DNA of 64,000 nt from Candidatus Eiseniibacteriota bacterium. GTDB lineage: Bacteria > Eisenbacteria > RBG-16-71-46. The notes beneath the pieces were generated by a model that was not told the DNA's origin, did not search any database, and worked only from the letters and a program-made list of their open reading frames with translations. The stretch covers positions 1,184,001 through 1,248,000 of the forward strand of contig OY970342.1 of assembly GCA_963717505.1 (NCBI GenBank), read 5' to 3'. Positions 61,047-64,000 of this stretch are shown piece after piece; within the stretch, counting starts at the first letter, position 1, and each line of letters starts with the position of its first letter. A program made the translations under genes and the position numbers.

Positions 61047-63154
61047 GGCATCTGCTCCACGGCCGAAAGCTGGATCCGAACCGCATTCTCGGCCTCGAAG
61101 TCGCCGACCTGCGCGTAGAGTTCGCCCATGCGCCCTAGAGTGTAGGGGTCGCGCGTGGCCGTGATCACGGGACGCCAGGTGGCGGCCGCCTCCTGGGACT
61201 TGCCGGTCAGGAGCAGCGACCAGCCGATGCCGATCGTCGCCATCGGATTCCTCGGGTCGAGCGCGCGCGCGCGCTGGAAGGCCCGGCCCGCGGGCTCGGG
61301 TTCGTTCGAGGTCAGCAGGACTTCGCCCATCATGAGCCAGATGCCGGCATTGTTGGGCACCATTCGGATCAGTCGTTCGAGGCACGAGCGGGCCTCGTCG
61401 AGCCGGCCCAGCAGTCGCGACAACATCGCGAGGTTTCGGAGCGCCTCGACGTCGTTGCCGTGAATCAGGAGCCGAGAGCGCAGCCGGTGGTAGGCGACCA
61501 GAGAGTCGTTCTCGAGCCAGGCGGGCCGCGTGCCGAACTCGGGCCCGACCTCGTAGAGCACCGCCGGGTGCGGACGCGTCGAGGCGCGCACGGTGAGACC
61601 GGGGATCACCGCGGCGGTGTCGAGCATCCACACCACCTGCGGGCGGGTTTCCGCTTCGGGCCAGGAGAAGTAGATCCAGCGGATCTCGTTGTCGTGGACG
61701 TACCGGGCCAGGACCTCGAGCGAATCCACGAACGGAAAGCCCACCGGCTCGAGTCCGGCGAGCCAGGAAATGTGCCCCTTGCGGGCGACGATCTTGTCGC
61801 CGGGGCGCGCATGCCGGCGCAGCGAATCCGCGACTTCGAGGGTTTCGACTGGAAGCTGGTTCATGACGCGCGCCTGGACGCGCTGCGACGCCGCGATCGC
61901 GGGGATCAGCGGCAGCACGACCAGCAGCGGCTTGAGCCAGACGCGAGGGGTGCGCAGGACCAGGGCGAGCCGCGGCGAGGCGAAAGCCCAACCCGCGAGC
62001 ATCGCGTACACCGGCAGGATCGCGAGCGAATAGCGCTCGGAGTAGAAGACCGGCACCAAGGTCAAGAAGAGCAGCGCGCCGGCGAGCAACAGCGGCCACA
62101 CGCGCCGGACGATGCCGTCGACCACCGCGAGGGCCAGGCCGATCGCGGCGCACGTCGCGACCGGCAGGGTCAGCAGCTGGGTGGCATCCTGCCGGAGGTG
62201 GTCCCAGACGTTGAAGGCCATGCGGGCGAACACGGCGCCCGGATCGCGCGCGATGACGTGCGCCAGCGTCGGGAATTGCGACTGGAGATCGCGCTGATAG
62301 TCGTCCCAGGGAATGCCGCGCGCGCGCGCGAACACGTCGTAGGCGATGTTGTGGTGGAACTGGAATCCGGCGGCACCGCCGTGCAATGCCGACCACGCCA
62401 TCCACGGAACGACCGGGACCAGGAACCCGGCGGCGAACGCGAGCGCGCTCCGCGTGCGCGCCCCGGTGCCGGCGGCACCGAACGCGATCGCGACCAGGCC
62501 GGCGGGCAGGAGCACGGCGCCGTTGTAACGCGTGAGAAACGCGAGTCCGATCACGGCTCCGGCCAGCGCGGCGCGGCCGGCGGCGATCGGTTGCGCGGGA
62601 TCACGACCGAGCAGCACGAAGAGCCCGGCGGCCTGGAGCGCGATCGCCAGCGCGTCGGTCGTGGCGGAATAGGCATGTCGCAGGAAGTGCGCATTCGCCG
62701 CGATGAAGACCACCGCCATCAGGCCGAGGCCGGCTCCGACCCGCACCCGCAGCAGCAGAAACCAGAGCGCGAGGATCGCGACCGAAGCGGCGACCGAGAT
62801 GAGCTCCGCCGCCAGGAACAGGTCGCGGATCACGAAACCCACCAGGGCGAGAACCACTTCGTACCCTGGGCCCACGACGCCGTAGCGGCTCGCGTCGAGC
62901 CGCCCCCGCTGAATCTGTGCCGCCCCATCGGCGTAGGACCCGTAGAAATCGGTCTCGGTCATGATGTCGCCCACGCGGTGGGGCCCGAGCGCGATCGCGA
63001 GGGCCACGATCGCGAACGCTGCGATCGCCACGGCCGCTGCAATTGCGATTCCCCGGTCGGAGGCGATCACGGCGCCGGCGGGTGCATTGGGCCGGAGCCA
63101 AGGCTCGGCCGACGCGGCTGGCGGTGGGGCGGAGCGCTTCTTCGCGGGCGTCAT
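61043..63154 (-). CDS. GT-C (ArnT/PMT-like) membrane glycosyltransferase with C-terminal TPR
   Basis: ETDFYGSY loop, GPGY, TDAL, LAFLTRY, ERY; about 11 TM; TPR helices at the C-terminus. Confidence 0.78.
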   Translation of the reverse strand: MTPAKKRSAPPPAASAEPWLRPNAPAGAVIASDRGIAIAAAVAIAAFAIVALAIALGPHRVGDIMTETDFYGSYADGAAQIQRGRLDASRYGVVGPGYEVVLALVGFVIRDLFLAAELISVAASVAILALWFLLLRVRVGAGLGLMAVVFIAANAHFLRHAYSATTDALAIALQAAGLFVLLGRDPAQPIAAGRAALAGAVIGLAFLTRYNGAVLLPAGLVAIAFGAAGTGARTRSALAFAAGFLVPVVPWMAWSALHGGAAGFQFHHNIAYDVFARARGIPWDDYQRDLQSQFPTLAHVIARDPGAVFARMAFNVWDHLRQDATQLLTLPVATCAAIGLALAVVDGIVRRVWPLLLAGALLFLTLVPVFYSERYSLAILPVYAMLAGWAFASPRLALVLRTPRVWLKPLLVVLPLIPAIAASQRVQARVMNQLPVETLEVADSLRRHARPGDKIVARKGHISWLAGLEPVGFPFVDSLEVLARYVHDNEIRWIYFSWPEAETRPQVVWMLDTAAVIPGLTVRASTRPHPAVLYEVGPEFGTRPAWLENDSLVAYHRLRSRLLIHGNDVEALRNLAMLSRLLGRLDEARSCLERLIRMVPNNAGIWLMMGEVLLTSNEPEPAGRAFQRARALDPRNPMATIGIGWSLLLTGKSQEAAATWRPVITATRDPYTLGRMGELYAQVGDFEAENAVRIQLSAVEQMP

Positions 63155-63241
63155 AAGGCGAGGAAGCGAGAGGTGACGTTGGACATTCGCGCCAGTCTAC
63201 GCGCGCGTTCCGGGCCGCCCAAACGGTAGGATGGCGATCGC

Positions 63242-63454
63242 ATGCCCGAATCCACGCGTTCCGAAGCGAGCCCCGGCTTGTGCGCGACCTGCCGGCACGC
63301 GCAGCGGGTCGAAACTCCGCGCGCGGTCTACTGGCTGTGCCGGCTGTCGTTCACCGACCCCCGGTTCGACAAGTACCCGCGATTGCCCGTGCGCGCGTGC
63401 GACGGATACGAGCGAAGCGAACCGGAGGAGCCGAAGCCGCTTCCCGAGTCGTAG
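63242..63454 (+). CDS. Small 4-Cys hypothetical protein
   Basis: GLCATC...WLC...DPRFDKYPRLPVRAC. Confidence 0.65.
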   Translation: MPESTRSEASPGLCATCRHAQRVETPRAVYWLCRLSFTDPRFDKYPRLPVRACDGYERSEPEEPKPLPES

Positions 63455-63492
63455 GCGCAGGGGGCCGAAGGCCACGACCGCGCCGCGACTGC

Positions 63493-64000
63493 CTAAGGCA
63501 ACACGATGATGCGCTGGACGGCGTGGTGCCCCGGGGTGGTGAAGCGCGCGAAGTAGAGCCCGGGCGGGGTGCGCCCGCCCGCCGCGTCCCAGCGGACGTC
63601 GTGACGGCCCGCCTCGAACGTGCGATCAGCGACCGTGGCCATCAAGCGTCCGGTGAGGTCGAAGACCTCGATGCGCACCGGGGCCACGGAAGGCAATTCG
63701 AAGTGCAGGGTCGTTTCGCGCGTGATCGGGTTCGGCCGCGCCGGAAAGAACTCCACGGCCGCCGGCAGATGGTCCCCGACGCCCGTGGTGGTTACCGGGC
63801 GTGCGCGCAGCAGCACGACCAGGTCGTTCTGCGTTGCGGCGCCGGGCAAGGGCTCGTCGGAGGACTCGAAGGTCAGCAGCGCTTCGTAGGTTTGATCGAG
63901 CGTGGCGCCGTCGTCGTCGAAGTGGATGTTGTACGTGCGCCCCACACCCGCGACCAGCCCGCCGCTGAACCCGCCGACGATCGAGAAACGGCCGCTGCCG
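63493..64000 (-). CDS. C-terminal part of a secreted protein with FlgD-Ig/T9SS-A-like domain (5'-partial)
   Basis: RPNP...FDLTGRLM...GRHDVRWD...PGLYFARF; the frame appears to continue to the window edge. Confidence 0.75.
   Translation of the reverse strand, partial: GSGRFSIVGGFSGGLVAGVGRTYNIHFDDDGATLDQTYEALLTFESSDEPLPGAATQNDLVVLLRARPVTTTGVGDHLPAAVEFFPARPNPITRETTLHFELPSVAPVRIEVFDLTGRLMATVADRTFEAGRHDVRWDAAGGRTPPGLYFARFTTPGHHAVQRIIVLP

Overview
High-GC bacterial chromosomal window with about 55 coding genes. I recognised no rRNA, tRNA, CRISPR array, transposase or integrase. Several secreted proteins end in FlgD-Ig/T9SS-A-like tails and one ends in 'SWGQVKTRYR', which suggests Candidatus Eisenbacteria or a related FCB-affiliated lineage (inference). 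A minus-strand housekeeping backbone (mfd-PPIase-surA-ftsE-ftsX-envC-holB-ricT-metG-tatD-rsmA-yibQ) is interrupted by accessory blocks. These blocks are a PDZ/LytS-LytTR pair, ridA-modABC, a ~14-repeat beta-propeller, an ECF sigma/anti-sigma/ABC module and a six-gene operon between metG and tatD. That operon is the best candidate for a poorly described system: hypothetical protein, PspA/IM30 (ESCRT-III superfamily), membrane coiled-coil protein, classical-clade AAA+ ATPase, Tat-exported flavin amine oxidase and a membrane-anchored solute-binding/LysM protein. Other oddities are a 51-aa collapsed Ser/Thr-kinase remnant coupled to tatD, a glycogen-debranching homolog lacking its catalytic motifs, an FtsE with degenerate ABC motifs, a Cys-rich exported protein and a MoxR-DUF58-BatA operon carrying extra genes. 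About nine genes carry frameshifts that are most likely long-read indel errors. All calls come from reading motifs by eye; no database search was run.
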